Assembly: GCA_045863295.1 (NCBI GenBank)
Contig: BTWA01000016.1
Location: forward strand, 67,480-131,479
Direction of reading: 5' to 3'
Origin: Candidatus Hydrogenedentota bacterium
GTDB lineage: Bacteria; Hydrogenedentota; Hydrogenedentia; Hydrogenedentales; SLHB01
Length of the DNA: 64,000 bases
Shown: positions 56,625-64,000 of the stretch, one piece after another
Numbering within the stretch: the stretch's first letter is position 1
Layout of the letters: each line of letters starts with the position of its first letter
Translations under genes and position numbers: made by a program
The notes under the pieces: generated by a model
Told to the model about the DNA's origin: nothing
Seen by the model: only the letters and a program-made list of their open reading frames with translations
Database searches by the model: none

Positions 56625-57023
56625 TTACCAAACTTCGCAGAGCACCTCGCCGCCTATATGCGAGGCGCGCGCTTGTTTGCCTGTCATGAGTCCCTTTGGG
56701 GTGCTCATGATCGAGATGCCGAGTCCGCTTCTGACCTGTTGGATGTCCGCGCTCTTCACGTATACGCGAAGGCTCGGCTTGCTCACTCGGCGAAGCCCCT
56801 TCACCACCGGCTTGCCATCCGGGCCGAATTTCAACGTCAGACGGAGCACCCCCTGACGCTCATCGGAAAGATGCTGGCAATCCGCCAGATACCCTTCCCG
56901 CTTCAGCACTGTGCAAAGCTCTTCTTTCAATCGCGACGCGGGCACATCTATCCGGTCCTGCCGCGCCCGTGCGGCATTGCGTATCCGCGTCAACAAATCC
57001 GAAATCGGATCGCTCATCGACAT
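56625..57023 (-). CDS. rpsH: 30S ribosomal protein S8
   Basis: MSDPISDLLTRIRNA, STPKG, GGEVLC. Confidence 0.98.
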   Translation of the reverse strand: MSMSDPISDLLTRIRNAARARQDRIDVPASRLKEELCTVLKREGYLADCQHLSDERQGVLRLTLKFGPDGKPVVKGLRRVSKPSLRVYVKSADIQQVRSGLGISIMSTPKGLMTGKQARASHIGGEVLCEVW

Positions 57024-57055
57024 GTTCGTGCGTTCCTCACATTCGCCGGCTGAAC

Positions 57056-57361
57056 TTACCAGCTCGACTTCGTTATGCCCGGCAATTTGGCATCCAGCGC
57101 CAGTTCCCGAAAGGCGATGCGCGACAGTTTGAACTTGCGCATAAACGCCCGGGGCCTGCCTGTCAGCGCGCAACGGTTGCGAAGCCGAGTGCTGCTCGCA
57201 TCTCGCGGCATCCGGCTGAACTTCTTGTAGGCTGCCAAGCGGTCGTCCATCGTCGACTGCGGATTCTTGATAATGGCCGCCAGTTCGATGCGCCGTTCAC
57301 GGTATTGCGCGATCAGTTTCGCGCACCGCTTCGTCCGTTCTATCTTGCTCTTCTTCGCCAA
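57056..57361 (-). CDS. rpsN: 30S ribosomal protein S14, long Zn-independent (C-) type
   Basis: 101 aa; [19 protein letters not shown] (no CxxC pairs); KSSW end. Confidence 0.97.
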   Translation of the reverse strand: MAKKSKIERTKRCAKLIAQYRERRIELAAIIKNPQSTMDDRLAAYKKFSRMPRDASSTRLRNRCALTGRPRAFMRKFKLSRIAFRELALDAKLPGITKSSW

Positions 57362-57410
57362 CGTCTTCGCTCCTGAGGCCCGTTTTCGAGCCCGTCAAAA
57401 TGTCCGTTGC

Positions 57411-57956
57411 CTAGTGGCGGAACGGAATCCCCAGATTCCGTAACAGCTCCCGGCTTTCTTCCGTCGAACGCGCGTTCTTGATCACAAAGGTGATATTCAA
57501 ACCGCGCACGCGCGTCACCGCGTCAATGGCAATCTCCGGAAAGATCGTTTGCTCGCGAAGACCCAGCGTGTAATTGCCAAAACGATCGAACGCCGACGTG
57601 GAAACGCCGCGAAAGTCGCGGATACGCGGCAGCGCCACCGTGATCAGCCGATCCAAAAATTCATACATGCGATGGCCGCGCAACGTGGCGCAGCAACCAA
57701 TCGGCACGCCCTCGCGAACTTTGAAATTCGCGATGGACTTCTTTGCCCGCCGGATGTTTGGCCGCTGGCCGGCAATCTGGCTCAATTCCGCGATCGCCGC
57801 GTCCATCATTCGCGCGTCCTGCGTGGCATCGCCCACGCCCATGTTTAACACGATCTTCTCAAGCTTCGGCACTTCCATGATGTTTTGGAAACCGAACTTG
57901 TCCCGCAATGCGGGCAAGATTTCTTTCGTGTATCGTTCCTGCAGTCTCGGCGCCAC
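57411..57956 (-). CDS. rplE: 50S ribosomal protein L5
   Basis: [26 protein letters not shown]. Confidence 0.98.
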   Translation of the reverse strand: MAPRLQERYTKEILPALRDKFGFQNIMEVPKLEKIVLNMGVGDATQDARMMDAAIAELSQIAGQRPNIRRAKKSIANFKVREGVPIGCCATLRGHRMYEFLDRLITVALPRIRDFRGVSTSAFDRFGNYTLGLREQTIFPEIAIDAVTRVRGLNITFVIKNARSTEESRELLRNLGIPFRH

Positions 57957-58045
57957 TGTCGTACTCTCCGGCGGAAGCGTCTCGCTTCCCCCGCTATACG
58001 GGGTTACGGGATCGCTTTCCTGTTGCTATGCGCGTCGGCGCGTTT

Positions 58046-58369
58046 TTAATCGTTTAGGGTTTCGCCATTGACGGCATACACCCGGACCCGGGTTCCGTCT
58101 TCAAGTTTCTTCATCATGATCTTCGAGGCTTTGTTTGCCGCCGCGCACCAAGCCATCACATTGGACGCATGAATGGGTGCTTCCCGCTCCACGATGCCGC
58201 CCTGCTGGTTGCGCGAGCTCGCCCGCGTGTGGCGTTTGATCATGTTCACGCCCTCGACAACCACCCGGTTATCCTTTGGCACGGACCGCAACACGCGGCC
58301 GCGGCGGCCCTTGTAGGGCCCGCGTATGATGACGACCTCGTCGCCTTTTCGAATATTCATCGTCTGCAA
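58046..58369 (-). CDS. rplX: 50S ribosomal protein L24
   Basis: KGDEVVII (KOW), [14 protein letters not shown]. Confidence 0.98.
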   Translation of the reverse strand: MQTMNIRKGDEVVIIRGPYKGRRGRVLRSVPKDNRVVVEGVNMIKRHTRASSRNQQGGIVEREAPIHASNVMAWCAAANKASKIMMKKLEDGTRVRVYAVNGETLND

Positions 58370-58376
58370 CCCTTCC

Positions 58377-58745
58377 TCAGACCACTTCCGGCGCCAATGA
58401 AATAATTCGCATGTACCCGCGATCGCGCAATTCGCGAGGGACCGGCCCGAAAATGCGGGTGCCCCGGGGTTCTTTATTCGCGTTGATCAGCACGGCTGCG
58501 TTTGTGTCAAAACGAATGACCGTGCCGTCCGGGCGTTGCACATCCTGGCGGGTGCGAACGACGACCGCCTTCACCACATCGCCCTTTTTCACGCCGGAAT
58601 TGGGAAGCGCATCCCGCACCGACGCCGTGATAATATCGCCTACATGAGCGTACCGGCGGCTCGTGCCACCCATCACCTGTATGCAGCGGATCTTCCGCGC
58701 TCCGGTGTTGTCGGCCACTTCCAAATTGGTGTAAATCTGAATCAC
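58377..58745 (-). CDS. rplN: 50S ribosomal protein L14
   Basis: [22 protein letters not shown]. Confidence 0.98.
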   Translation of the reverse strand: MIQIYTNLEVADNTGARKIRCIQVMGGTSRRYAHVGDIITASVRDALPNSGVKKGDVVKAVVVRTRQDVQRPDGTVIRFDTNAAVLINANKEPRGTRIFGPVPRELRDRGYMRIISLAPEVV

Positions 58746-58757
58746 GGCGCTCTTACC

Positions 58758-59021
58758 TCAGCTTTCTTCGGCTCGTTTGAGGACTTCAACCAAACGCCAC
58801 CGTTTCGTCTTGCTCATCGGCCGCGTTTCCTGAATCCGGACTTCGTCGCCCACTTTGCACGTGTTTTCTTCGTCGTGGGCCTTGAATTTCTTCGTGACCT
58901 TCATCGACTTTTTGTAAAGCGGGTGCGAAATCGTGCGCTCTACCGATACGCTGATTGTTTTGTTCATCGCGGCGCTGGTCACAACGCCAACCCGCTCTTT
59001 ACGCTGACCCCGTTCCATCAT
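58758..59021 (-). CDS. rpsQ: 30S ribosomal protein S17
   Basis: [23 protein letters not shown]. Confidence 0.98.
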   Translation of the reverse strand: MMERGQRKERVGVVTSAAMNKTISVSVERTISHPLYKKSMKVTKKFKAHDEENTCKVGDEVRIQETRPMSKTKRWRLVEVLKRAEES

Positions 59022-59023
59022 GG

Positions 59024-59239
59024 CTAGTTACGCGCCTCTCTTTGCTTCGCCAGTTCCCGCTCGCGAAGTATTGTCTTGATGCGGGCAATCTCGCGCCGGG
59101 TGTTACGAATCGATCGGTGGTTTTCCAATGCACCGGTCGCCGATTGAAATCGGAAATTCCGCAGCGAAGAGAGGGCTTGATCCAATGCCTCGCTCAATTC
59201 GCCTTCGTTCTTGTCTCGCAAATCCTTGGCCTTTGTCAT
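59024..59239 (-). CDS. rpmC: 50S ribosomal protein L29
   Basis: [22 protein letters not shown]. Confidence 0.97.
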   Translation of the reverse strand: MTKAKDLRDKNEGELSEALDQALSSLRNFRFQSATGALENHRSIRNTRREIARIKTILRERELAKQREARN

Positions 59240-59261
59240 GGCTCCATGGTCTCCAAAAAAC

Positions 59262-59669
59262 CTAGCCGCGCTTCACAAACTTGGTCTGAATCGGCAGCTT
59301 GTGGCCGGCCAACCGGACCGCTTCCCGCGCCAATTCTTCTGTTACGCCTTCCAACTCGAACATGATGCGGCCAGGTTTCACAACCGCCACCCATTCTTCC
59401 GGCGCGCCCTTACCTTTACCCATGCGGACTTCCGCCGGCTTCTTGGTGATGGGCTTGTCCGGAAATACCCGAATCCAAATTTTGCCACCGCGTTTCACGT
59501 GGCGCGTCAGTGCGATACGGGCGGCTTCGATCTGGCGAGACGTGACCCACGCCTGTTCCATCGCCTTCAGGCCAAACTGCCCGAAATCGATCTCGGCGCC
59601 GCCTTTCGTATTGCCGGTCCGCCGGCCCCGCTGTTGCTTGCGGTATTTCACGCGCTTCGGCATTAACAT
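59262..59669 (-). CDS. rplP: 50S ribosomal protein L16
   Basis: [22 protein letters not shown]. Confidence 0.98.
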   Translation of the reverse strand: MLMPKRVKYRKQQRGRRTGNTKGGAEIDFGQFGLKAMEQAWVTSRQIEAARIALTRHVKRGGKIWIRVFPDKPITKKPAEVRMGKGKGAPEEWVAVVKPGRIMFELEGVTEELAREAVRLAGHKLPIQTKFVKRG

Positions 59670-59700
59670 GCTTTAATCACTCCTCGCATAGCCGGGGTGG

Positions 59701-60396
59701 TTAGTTCGAACCCCGGTCCCGCCGCCGCGCGGCTGTACCCCGTGGTTCCGCCGGGCCCGCGGCCATTTGACCGGGTTCCACGTCGCCGTTGTAAATCCAA
59801 CATTTCACGCCAATCGTGCCGTACGTCGTGTACGAGGTAGCGAATCCATAATCCACATCCGCGCGGAGTGTGTGCAGGGGAATGCTGCCTTCGCGCGACT
59901 GCTCCTGGCGGGCGATTTCCGCGCCGTTCAAGCGGCCAGCCACGCGCAAACGGATACCTTTGGCGCCCAGACGCATCGTGTTCTGCATCGCTTTTTTCAT
60001 GGCGCGGCGGAACGAAACACGTTTTTCCAACTGGGACGCAATGCTCTCCGCGACAAGCTGTGCATTTAGCTCGGGGCTCATCACTTCATGGATGTTGATC
60101 AGGAGTTCGCGTCCTGTCAGTTTCTCCAACTCGTATCGCAACTTGTCCACTTCGGCGCCACGCTGGCCAATCACCAAGCCCGGGCGCGAGGTATAGATGT
60201 GGACCTTTGCTTTCTGACCTGCGCGCTCGATGTCAATGCGCGCCACACCCGTGTGGTACAGGCGCTTTTTGATGTAATCGCGAAGCCGCAAATCTTCGTG
60301 AAGCAGGGTCGTATAATCCTTCCCTGCGTACCAGATGGAGCTCCACGTCCGGATTACGCCCAGCCGGAACCCCAACGGATGTACTTTCTGACCCAC
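59701..60396 (-). CDS. rpsC: 30S ribosomal protein S3
   Basis: [24 protein letters not shown]. Confidence 0.98.
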   Translation of the reverse strand: MGQKVHPLGFRLGVIRTWSSIWYAGKDYTTLLHEDLRLRDYIKKRLYHTGVARIDIERAGQKAKVHIYTSRPGLVIGQRGAEVDKLRYELEKLTGRELLINIHEVMSPELNAQLVAESIASQLEKRVSFRRAMKKAMQNTMRLGAKGIRLRVAGRLNGAEIARQEQSREGSIPLHTLRADVDYGFATSYTTYGTIGVKCWIYNGDVEPGQMAAGPAEPRGTAARRRDRGSN

Positions 60397-60397
60397 C

Positions 60398-60799
60398 TTA
60401 TGCCTCCTTGCGCGCGGCCGTGGAAGGCCGGGCAGACGCGACCCGGGAAGCCGGATCGCCGATCACCATCTCAATGTGGCTCGAACGCTTCCGAATACGC
60501 ACTCCGCGCCCGCGCGACGCCGGCCGGAAACGGTTCATGGTTCGCCCTTCGTTTACCTCAAGCCGCAAAATTACCATGTCGTCCGAATTCACCCGCTGGC
60601 GCTTTTCTGCCGCCACGCTCTCCACGTTGGCAACGGCCGAAGCCAATACCTTGGAGAGCAGCGGGGCGCCGCCCTTCACCGTAAACCGGAGGATGTCCCG
60701 GGCCTCGCTCACTTTTTTGCCGCGGACGAGGTCAGCCACCAAACGCAATTTGCGCGCGGAAATGCGCAAATGCTGGGCTCGTGCCAACGCCTGTGCCAT
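60398..60799 (-). CDS. rplV: 50S ribosomal protein L22
   Basis: [24 protein letters not shown]. Confidence 0.98.
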   Translation of the reverse strand: MAQALARAQHLRISARKLRLVADLVRGKKVSEARDILRFTVKGGAPLLSKVLASAVANVESVAAEKRQRVNSDDMVILRLEVNEGRTMNRFRPASRGRGVRIRKRSSHIEMVIGDPASRVASARPSTAARKEA

Positions 60800-60825
60800 G
60801 TCTCTATCGCTCCTAAATCAGTTGC

Positions 60826-61098
60826 TTACTTCGCCTTGGCGCCGCCAGGATGACCCTTGAACGTCCGCGTGGGCGCGAATTCTCCCAGCTTGTGCCCCAC
60901 CATGTTTTCCGACACAAACACGGGCACAAACTGCTTGCCGTTGTGCACGGCAATCGTCATTCCCACCATGTCCGGCGTTACCGTCGACCGGCGCGACCAC
61001 GTTCGTATCACCCGTTTGTCGCCCGACGATATCTGGCGCTCTACTTTTTGCACCAGGTGGTAGTCCACAAACGGACCTTTCTTTACTGACCGCGGCAC
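60826..61098 (-). CDS. rpsS: 30S ribosomal protein S19
   Basis: [21 protein letters not shown]. Confidence 0.98.
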   Translation of the reverse strand: MPRSVKKGPFVDYHLVQKVERQISSGDKRVIRTWSRRSTVTPDMVGMTIAVHNGKQFVPVFVSENMVGHKLGEFAPTRTFKGHPGGAKAK

Positions 61099-61132
61099 TG
61101 ATTGGTTCTCCTACAATTCCGGTTCCGAAAGA

Positions 61133-61963
61133 CTATTTCTTGTTCCGGCGACGGATAATAAACTGGTTCGACGATTTCTTCTTGTCACGGGTCTTGTGAC
61201 CCTTGGTGGACACGGCCCACGGGGTTACCGGATGCCGGCCGCCCGACGTGCGGCCTTCACCGCCGCCGTGCGGGTGATCCACTGGGTTCATCGCCACGCC
61301 GCGGACTTTGGGGCGGCGGCCAAGCCAACGGCTCCGGCCCGCTTTGCCGAGGCTCAAGTTTGCATGCTCTTCATTGCCTACGGTGCCGATGGTTGCGCGG
61401 CATTCAATCGCCACGCGCCGCATCTCGCCCGAGGGAAGGCGCAACGCCGCATACTTGCCTTCGCGCGCAAGCAACTGGCACGCCGTGCCCGCGCCGCGGG
61501 CAATCTGACCGCCTTTGCCGGGCGTCAATTCCACGTTGTGCACGAACGTACCCACGGGGATATTCGCCAAGGGCAATGTGTTTCCCACTTGGTATTCCGC
61601 CGCGGCGCCGCTCGTTATCGTCATACCTACTTCAAGGCCATTCGGGGCCACGATGTAGCGCTTTTCACCGTCCGCATAGCTAATCAGTGCAATGCGCGAG
61701 GTACGGCCCGGATCGTATTCCACCGTTTCCACCTTGCCTGGAATGCCGTCTTTTTCGCGGCGAAAATCGACCAGGCGAAGTTTCTGCTTGTGGCCGCCGC
61801 CGCGCCGCCGCATCGTGATGCGGCCATAGTTATTGCGGCCGCCGGTCTTCTTCGCCGGCGACGTCAATGCCTTGTGCGGCTTCGACGTTGTAACTTCTTT
61901 GAAATCCGAAACCGACATGCCACGCTGGCCAGCCGTCACCGGTTTCAATCGCTTGATGCCCAT
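61133..61963 (-). CDS. rplB: 50S ribosomal protein L2
   Basis: [25 protein letters not shown]; start MGIKRL. Confidence 0.98.
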   Translation of the reverse strand: MGIKRLKPVTAGQRGMSVSDFKEVTTSKPHKALTSPAKKTGGRNNYGRITMRRRGGGHKQKLRLVDFRREKDGIPGKVETVEYDPGRTSRIALISYADGEKRYIVAPNGLEVGMTITSGAAAEYQVGNTLPLANIPVGTFVHNVELTPGKGGQIARGAGTACQLLAREGKYAALRLPSGEMRRVAIECRATIGTVGNEEHANLSLGKAGRSRWLGRRPKVRGVAMNPVDHPHGGGEGRTSGGRHPVTPWAVSTKGHKTRDKKKSSNQFIIRRRNKK

Positions 61964-61992
61964 CTCCTGACTAACTCCCGTGCTGGTCCGCC

Positions 61993-62283
61993 TTACCCAA
62001 GCAGATCGATGTGATCGCCTTGGCGCAAGGTCACCACGGCTTTTTTCCAATGCGGACGCCGGCCCATGTGTCGGCCAAGCCGCTTGAGTTTACCTTCGTA
62101 ATTCATCGTGTTCACCGCAACCACCTTGATGTGCGGGAACATCACTTCAAGCGCTTCGCGAATCTGGCTTTTGTTCGCCTTCGGATCTACCTTGAACACG
62201 TATTGGTTCTTGGATTCCGCCATAATCGTGGACTCTTCCGTAATTACGGGAGCCTTGATGATGTAGTGAGCTTGGTTTTTCAT
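61993..62283 (-). CDS. rplW: 50S ribosomal protein L23
   Basis: [21 protein letters not shown]. Confidence 0.98.
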   Translation of the reverse strand: MKNQAHYIIKAPVITEESTIMAESKNQYVFKVDPKANKSQIREALEVMFPHIKVVAVNTMNYEGKLKRLGRHMGRRPHWKKAVVTLRQGDHIDLLG

Positions 62284-62906
62284 CCCAGGCGCTCCTGAAG
62301 TTTCGCGACCGCCGCCTTCTCCACGACCACGTAGGAGGCCTGGAGCACGTCAAGCGTATTAATGTCGCTCGCCACTTGAACCACCACGCCCGGAATATTT
62401 TGAGCCGATTTCACCGCATGGCGGTTGATCTCCGCCGTGACGACCAGGGTCTTCTTTCCCTGTGCCGCAACATGCTTTACAAGCTGCGCCATCGGCTTGG
62501 TCTTGGTGTCCGTAATATCCAGCGAATCCAGCACACGGAGGTGATCCGCCCGCAAGCGCTCGCTCAACACGCAGCACAGCGCCTTTCGCCGCATTTTCAC
62601 GGGAACGTGCTGCCGGTAGCCGCGCTTGTGCGGGCCGAACACACGACCGCCGCCGCGCATCTTCGGCTCGCGCGAACTGCCTTGGCGGGCATTGCCCGTG
62701 CCTTTTTGCCGGAACGGCTTTTTGCCGCCGCCGCTTACTTCGTCGCGGGTCTTAGTTTCTGCATTGCCTTGACGCTTCGCATTCTGAAGGGCCAATGCCA
62801 CTTCATGCACCAGCGTCTCATTCGGCGCCGCAGCAAACACGGACTCGTTCAATTCGATCGTGCCCGACTCGCCGCCGTCTTTCGTATATACCTTGGCCGA
62901 CACCAT
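62280..62906 (-). CDS. rplD: 50S ribosomal protein L4
   Basis: [24 protein letters not shown]. Confidence 0.98.
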   Translation of the reverse strand: MVSAKVYTKDGGESGTIELNESVFAAAPNETLVHEVALALQNAKRQGNAETKTRDEVSGGGKKPFRQKGTGNARQGSSREPKMRGGGRVFGPHKRGYRQHVPVKMRRKALCCVLSERLRADHLRVLDSLDITDTKTKPMAQLVKHVAAQGKKTLVVTAEINRHAVKSAQNIPGVVVQVASDINTLDVLQASYVVVEKAAVAKLQERLG

Positions 62907-62908
62907 GG

Positions 62909-63544
62909 TTACTTCGACCCTTTCACGCTCTGCCGCAGTTCAAGCAGGCCGCCGGTTGCACCGGGCAACGCCCCCCGCACCGCAATCAAATTCTTTTCCG
63001 CGTCGATTCGGACCACTTCGAGATTCTGAACCGTAATCCGCTCATTGCCGTAATGGCCCGGCATCCGTTTTCCCCGGTATACCTTGGCAGGATCCGTGTG
63101 TTGACCAATGGAGCCCGGCGCGCGCTTGAAGTTCGAACCGTGACCGCCGGGACCGCCGGCAAACCGGTGGCGTTTGATGCCGCCCGCGAAGCCCCGGCCC
63201 TTCGTTATGCCCGACACATCGATGTGATCGCCCACGGCAAACAAATCGGCTTTCAGGAGATCGCCGGCCTTCAGGGCCGAATCGCCTCCAACCGGAAACT
63301 CACGCAAGATCGCCGATGGCGCTACGCCCGCTTTCTTGAAATGGCCCAGTTCCGGCTTCGTGCACAGTTTCTCGCGCGTCGCGCCGAAACCAATTTGCAC
63401 CGCTTCATACCCGTCCTGGCCGGCGGTTTTCCGTTGCACGACCGTGCAAGGCCCCGCCTCCACCAGCGTCACTTCGATCCAGCGCCCGTCTTCCAGGAAG
63501 ATCCGGGTCATTCCAAGTTTTCTGCCCAATATCGCTTTCGACAT
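62909..63544 (-). CDS. rplC: 50S ribosomal protein L3
   Basis: [25 protein letters not shown]. Confidence 0.98.
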   Translation of the reverse strand: MSKAILGRKLGMTRIFLEDGRWIEVTLVEAGPCTVVQRKTAGQDGYEAVQIGFGATREKLCTKPELGHFKKAGVAPSAILREFPVGGDSALKAGDLLKADLFAVGDHIDVSGITKGRGFAGGIKRHRFAGGPGGHGSNFKRAPGSIGQHTDPAKVYRGKRMPGHYGNERITVQNLEVVRIDAEKNLIAVRGALPGATGGLLELRQSVKGSK

Positions 63545-63596
63545 TGCCAACTATCCTTTGCGCGCAAATTCGTGCGAGGGGTTTCCTCGAACGAAC

Positions 63597-63908
63597 TTAC
63601 TGCTTTATCTCCACATCCACGCCCGCCGGAAGATCCAACTTCATCAGCGCATCCACCGTGGACGCCGTGGGATTCACGATGTCCAAAAGCCGCTTGTGTG
63701 TACGGCTTTCAAACTGCTCGCGAGACTTCTTGTCCACGTGCGGCGAACGGTTCACCGTGTACTTCTTGATTTCTGTCGGAAGCGGGATCGGACCATTGAT
63801 GCTCGCTCCGGTCCGCTGTGCCGCCGACACAATTTCTTGTGTCGATTGATCCAGTAACCGGTGATCGTACGCCCGCAACTTGATGCGAATCTTTTGGGCC
63901 TCAGCCAT
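63597..63908 (-). CDS. rpsJ: 30S ribosomal protein S10
   Basis: [30 protein letters not shown]; start MAEAQK. Confidence 0.98.
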   Translation of the reverse strand: MAEAQKIRIKLRAYDHRLLDQSTQEIVSAAQRTGASINGPIPLPTEIKKYTVNRSPHVDKKSREQFESRTHKRLLDIVNPTASTVDALMKLDLPAGVDVEIKQ

Positions 63909-63944
63909 CGATGCTCTCTCCAATCCCGCCAACGGCGGGACTCG

Positions 63945-64000
63945 TTACTTAATGATCTTGCTGACCACGCCGGCGCCGACGGTGCGTCCGCCTTCGCGGA
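63945..64000 (-). CDS. tuf: Elongation factor Tu, C-terminal end only
   Basis: Manual translation ..REGGRTVGAGVVSKIIK*, the canonical EF-Tu C-terminus, directly upstream of rpsJ. Confidence 0.93.
   Translation of the reverse strand, partial: REGGRTVGAGVVSKIIK

Noticed and set aside
48760..64000. tRNA genes or an E. coli-type S10 leader within the ribosomal cluster
   Set aside because: Spacers are short with only small GC hairpins; the tuf-rpsJ gap is 36 bp and no cloverleaf was seen

Overview
GC-rich bacterial chromosomal window, mostly core genome. The lineage may be Candidatus Hydrogenedentota; this is a weak inference from protein style, not established. The left part (1-35 kb) is a mixed accessory and metabolic region: a partial GH28, a URO-D-family protein, ftsY, a GspE/PilB ATPase with an HDOD partner, a membrane-anchored MutS-like ATPase, a monoheme cytochrome c, a YtrA/GntR ABC operon with an S9 peptidase, two SDRs, an 11-heme CbcL-like cytochrome bc protein, a heparinase II/III, an orphan hybrid kinase, an Opp/Dpp ABC operon ending in an uncharacterised hydrolase-like gene, and a PIG-L deacetylase. 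The centre (35.4-37.7 kb) is the most unusual part. dnaN sits alone, with no dnaA, recF or gyrB beside it, and is flanked on both sides by AT-rich tracts carrying TTATTCACA-type DnaA boxes. There is also a DnaA-trio-like unwinding motif, an NrdR-box-like site and a recurrent TAGACT motif, so this looks like an oriC-like locus split around dnaN. The right part is all minus strand: a second GspE/PilB ATPase, a DASS transporter, a double-domain amidase lipoprotein, cimA, mscL, mutS and the tuf-S10-spc-alpha ribosomal superoperon. That operon lacks rpmD and rpsD and would be head-on to a fork leaving the putative origin. No tRNA, rRNA, CRISPR or IS element was recognised. Many start codons were re-assigned downstream of the ORF-track starts.
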